NCBI RefSeq assembly: GCF_000354175.2
Contig: NC_022349.1
Coordinates: 2,370,001-2,402,000 of the forward strand
Length of the DNA stretch: 32,000 nt
DNA from: Vibrio alginolyticus NBRC 15630 = ATCC 17749
GTDB lineage: Bacteria > Pseudomonadota > Gammaproteobacteria > Enterobacterales > Vibrionaceae
Reading direction: 5' to 3'
Shown here: positions 21,225 to 32,000 of the stretch, piece by piece
Numbering within the stretch: the first letter of the stretch is position 1
How the letters are laid out: each line of letters starts with the position of its first letter
The notes under the pieces: model-generated
Told to the model about the DNA's origin: nothing
Seen by the model: the letters and a program-made list of their open reading frames with translations, nothing else
Databases searched by the model: none
Made by a program: the position numbers and the translations under genes

Positions 21225-22682
21225 ATGCAATTTCGTTCAATTATTCGAATCGTCGGGCTACTGCTCGCACTCTTTAGTGTCACTATGCTTGCGCCAGCAC
21301 TCGTTGCGCTGATCTATCGAGATGGTGCTGGTGTGCCTTTTGTCACGACATTTTTTGTTCTGCTGTTTTGTGGGGCCGTTTGTTGGTACCCAAACCGCAG
21401 GTATAAGCACGAGCTTAAAGCTCGAGATGGCTTTCTTATTGTCGTCTTATTCTGGACAGTACTTGGCAGTGCAGGCTCGATCCCCTTTCTCATTGCTGAC
21501 AACCCGAACGTCTCAGTGACAGATGCGTTTTTTGAATCGTTTTCTGCTCTCACGACGACCGGGGCGACCGTTATTGTTGGTTTGGATGAGTTACCTAAAG
21601 CGATTCTATTCTATCGACAGTTACTGCAGTGGTTCGGCGGTATGGGAATCATCGTATTAGCGGTGGCGATTTTGCCAGTACTTGGCATTGGTGGTATGCA
21701 GCTTTACCGCGCCGAGATCCCAGGTCCAGTCAAGGACACTAAAGTGACGCCGCGCATAGCAGAAACTGCTAAGGCGCTTTGGTACATCTATCTGAGCCTG
21801 ACTATCGCCTGTGCTTCGGCTTTTTGGTTAGCTGGTATGACGCCATTTGACGCCATCAGTCACAGCTTTTCCACCATTGCTATTGGCGGCTTCTCTACCC
21901 ACGATGCCAGCATCGGATATTTTGATAGTTACGCGATTAACCTGATTACTGTGGTTTTTCTGCTTATATCTGCATGTAACTACACGCTGCACTTTGCTGC
22001 ATTTGCATCAGGTGGCGTACATCCCAAGTATTACTGGAAAGATCCTGAGTTTCGCGCCTTCTTGTTTATTCAAGTGCTGCTATTTATCATTTGCTTTCTA
22101 TTATTACTGAAACATCACTCTTACACATCGACATACGATGCTTTCGATCAGGCTCTGTTCCAAACCGTATCAATATCCACAACAGCGGGCTTTACGACAA
22201 CAGGTTTTGCGGATTGGCCGCTCTTCTTACCTGTGCTGTTATTGTTCTCTTCTTTTATCGGTGGTTGTGCTGGTTCAACAGGCGGCGGCATGAAAGTGAT
22301 CCGTATCCTGCTTCTTACCTTACAAGGTGCGCGTGAACTAAAACGTTTAGTCCATCCACGCGCGGTTTACACCATCAAAGTAGGTGGCAGTGCCCTACCG
22401 CAACGTGTTGTCGATGCGGTTTGGGGTTTCTTCTCCGCATACGCATTGGTATTTGTGGTTTGTATGTTGGGGTTGATTGCAACAGGAATGGATGAGCTTA
22501 GTGCGTTCTCAGCGGTGGCTGCGACTCTGAACAACCTCGGTCCTGGCTTGGGAGAAGTGGCGCTTCACTTTGGTGATGTTAACGACAAAGCAAAATGGGT
22601 ATTGATAGTTTCTATGCTGTTTGGTCGTTTGGAAATCTTTACCTTACTTATTCTACTTACGCCGACGTTTTGGCGTAGCTAA
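21225..22682 (+). CDS. trkH: Trk system potassium uptake protein TrkH (485 aa)
   Basis: MQFRSIIRIVGLLLALFS...LVALIYRDGAG... and the C-terminal LLTPTFWR are collinear with E. coli TrkH. Confidence 0.96.
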   Translation: MQFRSIIRIVGLLLALFSVTMLAPALVALIYRDGAGVPFVTTFFVLLFCGAVCWYPNRRYKHELKARDGFLIVVLFWTVLGSAGSIPFLIADNPNVSVTDAFFESFSALTTTGATVIVGLDELPKAILFYRQLLQWFGGMGIIVLAVAILPVLGIGGMQLYRAEIPGPVKDTKVTPRIAETAKALWYIYLSLTIACASAFWLAGMTPFDAISHSFSTIAIGGFSTHDASIGYFDSYAINLITVVFLLISACNYTLHFAAFASGGVHPKYYWKDPEFRAFLFIQVLLFIICFLLLLKHHSYTSTYDAFDQALFQTVSISTTAGFTTTGFADWPLFLPVLLLFSSFIGGCAGSTGGGMKVIRILLLTLQGARELKRLVHPRAVYTIKVGGSALPQRVVDAVWGFFSAYALVFVVCMLGLIATGMDELSAFSAVAATLNNLGPGLGEVALHFGDVNDKAKWVLIVSMLFGRLEIFTLLILLTPTFWRS

Positions 22683-22691
22683 GGGGAAATC

Positions 22692-23219
22692 GTGGCAAAA
22701 GCATTATTTCTATACTCTTCCCGCGAAGGGCAGACTAAAAAAATTCTCCACTATATAGATGAACAACTTCCAGATTTCGATTGTGAGCTGGTGGATTTAC
22801 ATAATGTTGAGACGATTGACTTCAGCCAATACGACAGAGTATTGATAGGCGCCTCTATTCGCTATGGCCATCTTAATAAAAAGCTATACCAGTTTATTGA
22901 GCGAAACCTCAATCAATTGGAGCAAAATAAAGTGGCATTTTTCTGCGTAAACTTAACCGCTCGTAAAGAGGACCAAGGAAAGGATACACCTGAAGGTAGT
23001 GCCTACATTCGCAAGTTCCTAATTAAGTCCCCTTGGAAACCAACGCTAATCGGTGTTTTTGCTGGTGCACTTTATTACCCACGTTATAGCTGGTTCGACA
23101 GAACTATGATTAGGTTCATTATGTCGATGACGGGTGGCGAAACCGATACGACCAAAGAGGTGGAGTACACCAATTGGGAAAAAGTGGCTCTTTTCGCAGA
23201 TAAATTTAGAGAACTGTAG
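22692..23219 (+). CDS. hemG: Menaquinone-dependent protoporphyrinogen IX dehydrogenase HemG (flavodoxin-like), 175 aa, GTG start
   Basis: LFLYSSREGQTKKI...YDRVLIGASIRYGH...GALYYPRYSWFDRTMIRFIMSMTGGETDT.KEVEYTNWE matches E. coli HemG, including the long-chain insertion loop. It follows trkH, as in E. coli. Confidence 0.92.
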   Translation: MAKALFLYSSREGQTKKILHYIDEQLPDFDCELVDLHNVETIDFSQYDRVLIGASIRYGHLNKKLYQFIERNLNQLEQNKVAFFCVNLTARKEDQGKDTPEGSAYIRKFLIKSPWKPTLIGVFAGALYYPRYSWFDRTMIRFIMSMTGGETDTTKEVEYTNWEKVALFADKFREL

Positions 23220-23298
23220 AAATAACGTGCTCTTTTGACCGCTTTTGATGCAAATTTATCCGAACGATAAAAAAATCAAAAAAAACGAGAAAAAGGGC

Positions 23299-23326
23299 TT
23301 GCCAATGTGATCGCAATCTCTATAAT
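23299..23326 (+). promoter_or_regulatory. rrn promoter P1 with an upstream A-tract UP element
   Basis: TTGCCA (23299-23304), 16-nt spacer, TATAAT (23321-23326), GC-rich discriminator GCCACCTCGC. A-tracts at ~23268-23296. Confidence 0.75.
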
Positions 23327-23439
23327 GCCACCTCGCTGACACGGCAACGCTTCGAAGCTTAAGTTTCGAAAGTAAGAAGCCAAGTTAGCAAGCCAAATTA
23401 GCCAAGCAGAAACGCTTGAAGAAAGTTTGAAAAAAGTGA

Positions 23440-23467
23440 TTGACACTAAACTTTAACTCGCTAAAAT
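23440..23467 (+). promoter_or_regulatory. rrn promoter P2
   Basis: TTGACA (23440-23445), 16-nt spacer, TAAAAT (23462-23467). Confidence 0.7.
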
Positions 23468-23473
23468 GGCCGT

Positions 23474-23513
23474 CCTGTTTTGAGCAAAGCTCAACAGGAA
23501 AGCTCTTTAACAA
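23474..23513 (+). promoter_or_regulatory. rrn leader antitermination region (boxB-like hairpin plus boxA)
   Basis: Hairpin CCTGTT...AACAGG (23474-23498) is followed by GCTCTTTAACAA (23502-23513), which matches the boxA consensus TGCTCTTTAACAA. Confidence 0.75.
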
Positions 23514-23684
23514 TATAGACCTATCAATCTGTGTGGGCACTCGTTGATGATAATCCAAATAGTTTCTTCGGAAACAATTTAGGTTTCAATGATACGAAGT
23601 GACCATTGAATCGAAAGATTCAGCACAGTCAATTCAAACATTACTTATGTAATGTTCAGTATTCATTGAGCCGAACAAAATCTT

Positions 23685-25237
<1,553 letters not shown>

Positions 25238-25303
25238 AACGATGATTATTGCGATGAGTGTTCACACAGATTGATACGGTTTATAAAGTAAAGAGACGAT
25301 ACT

Positions 25304-25380
25304 GGGTCTGTAGCTCAGGTGGTTAGAGCGTTCGCCTGATAAGCGAGAGGTCGGTGGTTCGAGTCCACTCAGACCCACCA
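25304..25380 (+). tRNA. tRNA-Ile (anticodon GAT) in the 16S-23S spacer
   Basis: GGGTCTGTAGCTCAGGTGGTTAGAGCG..CCTGATAAGCG..GGTTCGAGTCCACTCAGACCCACCA. The acceptor stem GGGTCTG/CAGACCC closes, and CCA is encoded. Confidence 0.97.
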
Positions 25381-25422
25381 ATTTCTTTTCCAAGGAATTG
25401 GCGACAGTATCGACACCTTGAT

Positions 25423-25498
25423 GGGGCTATAGCTCAGCTGGGAGAGCGCCTGCCTTGCACGCAGGAGGTCTGCGGTTCGATCCCGCATAGCTCCACCA
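25423..25498 (+). tRNA. tRNA-Ala (anticodon TGC) in the 16S-23S spacer
   Basis: GGGGCTATAGCTCAGCTGGGAGAGCGCCTGCCTTGCACGCAGGAGGTCTGCGGTTCGATCCCGCATAGCTCCACCA. It has the G3:U70 identity pair and an encoded CCA. Confidence 0.97.
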
Positions 25499-25553
25499 TC
25501 TTTAAGTGTTCTTGAAAAAGAATCTTTAAAAATGGTTTTCATCAGAAAATCTA

Positions 25554-25565
25554 GCTCTTTAACAA
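25554..25565 (+). promoter_or_regulatory. Spacer boxA antitermination element
   Basis: GCTCTTTAACAA, identical to the leader boxA core, located between tRNA-Ala and 23S as in enterobacterial rrn operons. Confidence 0.7.
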
Positions 25566-25788
25566 TTTGGAAAGCTGACAAAACAATCTTTAAGATTGTT
25601 TGTAAAGTTCTCAATGTTTGTCTTTATGACAAACACCAAAAAACACATTCAAGTGTTCTTGGGAATATCACTTTTAAGTGATTATTCGAAATTGAGTCCG
25701 GCAAAATCGAAATGTCTCTCGCTCATTCAAATAATGAGAGACAACTTTGGTGATTTGAACATCAACTCGAAACTCCTTCGGGTTGTAT

Positions 25789-28678
<2,890 letters not shown>

Positions 28679-28769
28679 ACAACACCCAAGGGGTTTTGAT
28701 GGACTCAATGAAAGAACATTGAATGTGTAAGAACGAGAATTAAAAAACAGCTTTCCAGATTAAAGAATT

Positions 28770-28889
28770 TGCTTGGCGACCATAGCGTTTTGGACCCACC
28801 TGATTTCCATGCCGAACTCAGAAGTGAAACGAAATAGCGCCGATGGTAGTGTGGGGCTTCCCCATGTGAGAGTAGGACATCGCCAGGCT
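28770..28889 (+). rRNA. rrf: 5S ribosomal RNA (120 nt)
   Basis: TGCTTGGCGACCATAGCG...CCGAACTCAGAAGTGAAAC...GCCGATGGTAGTGTGGGG...GAGAGTAGGACATCGCCAGGCT. Helix I closes (GCTTGGCG/CGCCAGGC). Confidence 0.97.
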
Positions 28890-28898
28890 TTAAATTTA

Positions 28899-28929
28899 AG
28901 AAGCCCGCTCGAAAGAGCGGGCTTTTTTG
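28899..28929 (+). terminator. rrn operon terminator (the hairpin could also serve convergent ilvY)
   Basis: AAGCCCGCTC (28901-28910), GAAA, GAGCGGGCTT (28915-28924), then T-run. Confidence 0.88.
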
Positions 28930-28979
28930 CATCTATAGAGTTTTAAAATTAGCCCACTTTATACCTAAAAAGTGTTCAT

Positions 28980-29870
28980 CTAAGGTGCGATATACTTGCT
29001 CTCTGCAACCTTCCAAAAGGCTTTAACAAGCGGATTCTCCAGCTGAGTTTTGTTGCAGCAAACACCAAGTTTAAAAGGTTTAATTGGTAAGACTTTTAAA
29101 CGATTTATCTTTTCTCTTACCGGACTGTTGTTGATTACAACATCAGGTGCGATACCTACTCCACACCCCAATGCAACCATACTTACGATGGCTTCATGTC
29201 CGGAGGTTTGTGCGTAGATCTTTGGCTTTATTTTCATTTGTTTGAGCCAAGTATTGGCCCTGTCCCTTGCCGTTCCTGCTTCTGGGAGTATGAATGGAAT
29301 GACCGACCAGTCTGGTTTTTCTTTTTGTAGCTCTTCAGCAAACGCACTAACCCCAACAGGTACGATGACAGAAAGTGGGATTTCACTGATCGTTTCAAAT
29401 GCGATTTTATTTGGCATCTGTTCTGACTTGGCTGATATGGCAATATCGGCTTCATCTGCTAGTATTTTGTCGATCGCTTGAGCTGGATCGCCGGTTGATA
29501 GTTTGAACTCAATGAAAGGGTTCTGAATACGAAAGTCAGAGATTAGCTCCGGAAGATGGCTGTAGCTTGCAGTAACAGAACAAAAGAGACGGATTTCTCC
29601 TTTCAATTCATCCTCGGTTCCCTTCAGGTGACTCTGATACTGCTGCCATTCGCCAAGAATCTTTAAGGCAACTGGGACTAGCTTTTTACCTTGGATAGTT
29701 AAATCAACGCTACGGTTGTCGCGTAAAAACAATTGTTGGCTGGTTTCCTCCTCTAATTTTTGTATCTGTCGGCTTAAGGCTGAAGGGCTAATATGCATTG
29801 CCGCTGCGGTCTTGGCGAAACTTTTACTCTCACAGAGATGAATGAAAAGTTGCAGGCTTTTGATATTCAT
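28980..29870 (-). CDS. ilvY: LysR-type activator IlvY (296 aa)
   Basis: MNIKSLQLFIHLCESKSFAKTAAAMHISPSALSRQIQKLEEETSQQLFLRDNRSVDLT...FCSVTASYSHLPELI...GHEAIVSMVALGCGVGIAP is collinear with E. coli IlvY and divergent from ilvC. The start is taken at the internal ATG (29868-29870). Confidence 0.93.
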   Translation of the reverse strand: MNIKSLQLFIHLCESKSFAKTAAAMHISPSALSRQIQKLEEETSQQLFLRDNRSVDLTIQGKKLVPVALKILGEWQQYQSHLKGTEDELKGEIRLFCSVTASYSHLPELISDFRIQNPFIEFKLSTGDPAQAIDKILADEADIAISAKSEQMPNKIAFETISEIPLSVIVPVGVSAFAEELQKEKPDWSVIPFILPEAGTARDRANTWLKQMKIKPKIYAQTSGHEAIVSMVALGCGVGIAPDVVINNSPVREKINRLKVLPIKPFKLGVCCNKTQLENPLVKAFWKVAESKYIAP

Positions 29871-29888
29871 TAAATTTTCATTTCCATG

Positions 29889-29925
29889 TTGCATAAATTG
29901 CAATAACTAATTGTGAATATATCAC
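29889..29925. promoter_or_regulatory. Two tandem dyads in the ilvY-ilvC divergent region (candidate IlvY operators O1/O2)
   Basis: TTGCA-TAAAT-TGCAA (29889-29903; contains a T-N11-A LysR box) and GTGA-ATATA-TCAC (29913-29925). Confidence 0.5.
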
Positions 29926-30013
29926 TTTAAGCAATCTCATGTCTGTTTTAGTATGAAGTTATTCGGTAAGGCAATTACTGACCTCAATGGAAGAATCTCA
30001 AAGGAGCACCCAG

Positions 30014-31498
30014 ATGGCTAATTATTTCAATACCCTAAACTTGCGCGAGCAGTTGGACCAATTAGGTCGTTGTCGTTTTATGGACCGCAGTGAGTTCGCT
30101 TCAGAAGCGGATTATCTGAAAGGTAAGAAAGTAGTCATTGTAGGTTGTGGTGCTCAAGGTCTTAACCAAGGTCTGAACATGCGCGACTCTGGTCTAGACG
30201 TTGCTTATGCGCTTCGCCAAGCCGCGATTGATGAGCAACGCCAGTCATTCAAAAACGCAAAAGACAACGGTTTTGAGGTAGGTAGCTACGAAACGCTAAT
30301 TCCACAAGCTGATCTAGTAGTAAACCTTACTCCAGATAAGCAGCACACAAACGTTGTTGAGACGGTAATGCCGTTAATGAAAGAAGGCGCAGCACTAGGT
30401 TACTCTCACGGTTTCAACGTTGTTGAAGAAGGCATGCAAATCCGTAAAGACCTAACGGTAGTAATGGTTGCACCTAAATGTCCAGGTACGGAAGTTCGTG
30501 AAGAATACAAGCGCGGTTTCGGTGTACCGACTCTTATCGCTGTTCACCCAGAGAACGACCCAAAAGGTGAAGGTTGGGATATCGCGAAAGCTTGGGCTGC
30601 AGCAACCGGTGGTCACCGTGCAGGCTGTCTAGAGTCTTCTTTTGTTGCTGAGGTGAAATCTGACCTAATGGGTGAGCAAACTATCCTTTGTGGCATGCTA
30701 CAGGCTGGCTCTATCGTATGTTACGAGAAGATGATTGCTGATGGTATCGATCCTGGCTACGCTGGTAAGCTTCTTCAATACGGTTGGGAAACCATCACTG
30801 AAGCACTGAAGTTTGGTGGTATCACTCACATGATGGATCGCCTAACTAACCCTGCAAAAGTGAAAGCATTTGAGCTTTCTGAAGAGCTAAAAGAACTGAT
30901 GCGTCCGCTATACAACAAGCACATGGATGACATTATCACCGGTCACTTCTCTAGCACTATGATGGCTGACTGGGCAAACGACGATGCAAATCTACTAGGC
31001 TGGCGTGCAGAAACAGGTGAAACTGCTTTCGAAAACTACCCAGAAACTGACGTAGAAATCTCTGAGCAAGAGTACTTCGATAACGGTATCTTGATGGTTG
31101 CTATGGTTCGTGCGGGTGTTGAGCTAGCATTCGAAGCGATGACGGCATCTGGCATCATCGATGAGTCTGCTTACTACGAGTCTCTACACGAGCTGCCACT
31201 TATCGCAAACACTATCGCACGTAAGCGTTTATACGAGATGAACGTGGTTATCTCAGACACTGCGGAATACGGTAACTACCTGTTCGCTAACGTAGCAACG
31301 CCGCTTCTACGTGAGAAGTTTATGCCAGCCGTAAATACTGACGTAATTGGTAAAGGTTTAGGTGAAACGTCTAACCAAGTGGATAACGCGACTCTTATCG
31401 CTGTGAATGAAACAATCCGTAACCACCCTGTAGAGTACATCGGTGAAGAGCTACGTGGTTACATGACTGATATGAAGCGTATCGCGGTGGGCGGCTAA
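30014..31498 (+). CDS. ilvC: Ketol-acid reductoisomerase IlvC, class II (494 aa)
   Basis: [25 protein letters not shown]...[20 protein letters not shown]... ends ..[15 protein letters not shown] and is nearly collinear with E. coli IlvC. SD AAGGAG is 8 nt upstream of the ATG at 30014. The 9 upstream codons in the ORF track are an extension. Confidence 0.97.
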   Translation: MANYFNTLNLREQLDQLGRCRFMDRSEFASEADYLKGKKVVIVGCGAQGLNQGLNMRDSGLDVAYALRQAAIDEQRQSFKNAKDNGFEVGSYETLIPQADLVVNLTPDKQHTNVVETVMPLMKEGAALGYSHGFNVVEEGMQIRKDLTVVMVAPKCPGTEVREEYKRGFGVPTLIAVHPENDPKGEGWDIAKAWAAATGGHRAGCLESSFVAEVKSDLMGEQTILCGMLQAGSIVCYEKMIADGIDPGYAGKLLQYGWETITEALKFGGITHMMDRLTNPAKVKAFELSEELKELMRPLYNKHMDDIITGHFSSTMMADWANDDANLLGWRAETGETAFENYPETDVEISEQEYFDNGILMVAMVRAGVELAFEAMTASGIIDESAYYESLHELPLIANTIARKRLYEMNVVISDTAEYGNYLFANVATPLLREKFMPAVNTDVIGKGLGETSNQVDNATLIAVNETIRNHPVEYIGEELRGYMTDMKRIAVGG

Positions 31499-31666
31499 AT
31501 GACTCCATTTCGGTGTCGAAGGTGCTCGTTTACTATCGTAAAGTCCGCGCCTTCTCCTAGAAATGAAACCTTAATACAGCGTAATTTACTTAGTCTCAAG
31601 TAACGCAGTAGATAAACTCCAGGCAGACTGGAGTGATAAATACAAAATAAAACACAACATCTAATC

Positions 31667-31705
31667 AAAAGGCTTGGTCGCCGTTGACCAAGCCTTTTTG
31701 TTTTT
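31667..31705 (+). terminator. Rho-independent terminator ending the ilvC transcript
   Basis: AAAAGGCTTGGTC (31667-31679), GCCGT, TGACCAAGCCTTTTT, then GTTTTT. Confidence 0.88.
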
Positions 31706-31729
31706 AGCCGATTTATCTGCGCGCCGATA

Positions 31730-31757
31730 AGAAAAACGCTCCTTTGTGAGGAGCGCT
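31730..31757 (-). terminator. Rho-independent terminator of ubiK
   Basis: CGCTCCT (31737-31743), TTGTG, AGGAGCG (31749-31755). GAAAAA on the + strand gives a U-run on the minus strand. Confidence 0.8.
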
Positions 31758-31764
31758 TTGATAC

Positions 31765-32000
31765 TTATTTTTCAGCAAGCTTTTCTTCAAGTTGCGCCAA
31801 CTTCTGTTCCATTTCTGTTAGCTTTTGACGTGTACGTAGTAAAACTTGAGTTTGAACATCAAACTCTTCGCGACTTACAACATCTAGCTTGTTTAGCTGG
31901 CCTTGGATTACTTGACGAACTTTCTGATCGACATCAGAGCCCAATTCTTTTACTGGTTGAGGCATTGAGTCGTGAATCTGTTTAGCAATTTGCTCTAATT
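31765..32000 (-). CDS. ubiK: Ubiquinone biosynthesis accessory factor UbiK (YqiC/BMFP family); the N-terminus lies beyond the right edge of the window
   Basis: ..[60 protein letters not shown].. matches E. coli YqiC (..[60 protein letters not shown]..). The frame stays open upstream of the ORF-track Met to nt 32000. Confidence 0.88.
   Translation of the reverse strand, partial: LEQIAKQIHDSMPQPVKELGSDVDQKVRQVIQGQLNKLDVVSREEFDVQTQVLLRTRQKLTEMEQKLAQLEEKLAEK

Noticed and set aside
31746-31985. A 79-aa + strand ORF at the right edge of the window.
   Set aside because: It is the antisense shadow of ubiK (yqiC), whose translation matches the E. coli protein closely and continues past the window end.

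Overview
This window looks like origin-proximal core chromosome from a Vibrio. The 16S sequence and gene order resemble the Harveyi clade (V. parahaemolyticus-like), but that call is from memory, not from a search.

Gene order, with < marking minus-strand genes: recF (partial), gyrB, a single-gene IS200-type element (tnpA), a Gre-C-domain protein plus a 42-aa Lys-rich ORF, ibpA, avtA<, malS-like amylase<, glyS<, glyQ<, a Mn2+ riboswitch with a UPF0016 exporter, a small membrane ORF, tusA<, a small membrane ORF, a LysR regulator, acuI<, fadA<, fadB<, yigZ, trkH, hemG, a complete rrn operon (P1/P2, boxA, 16S, tRNA-Ile-GAT, tRNA-Ala-TGC, 23S, 5S), ilvY<, ilvC, and ubiK< (partial).

Nearly every long ORF is a recognisable housekeeping gene, and much of the order matches E. 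coli (fadBA-yigZ-trkH-hemG-rrn; avtA-malS; ilvY-ilvC). I found no CRISPR array, no defence, toxin-antitoxin or secretion genes, and no convincing new multi-gene system.

The parts worth a second look are small and mostly RNA-level or regulatory:
- The IS200 element, its end hairpins, and a nested structure burying the tnpA SD and AUG.
- A strongly SD-led mini-ORF plus a perfect 9-bp hairpin in front of an atypical Gre-C-domain-only protein, which is followed by a Lys-rich micro-ORF.
- A sigma-32 promoter, a ~250-nt leader and a ROSE-like hairpin upstream of ibpA.
- A yybP-ykoY riboswitch with an unusual expression platform and an ambiguous start codon.
- A densely patterned fadBA control region.
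- A structured ~200-nt tail after ilvC.

All coordinates were counted by hand from the numbered sequence. Structure and motif calls were made by eye and need computational confirmation.
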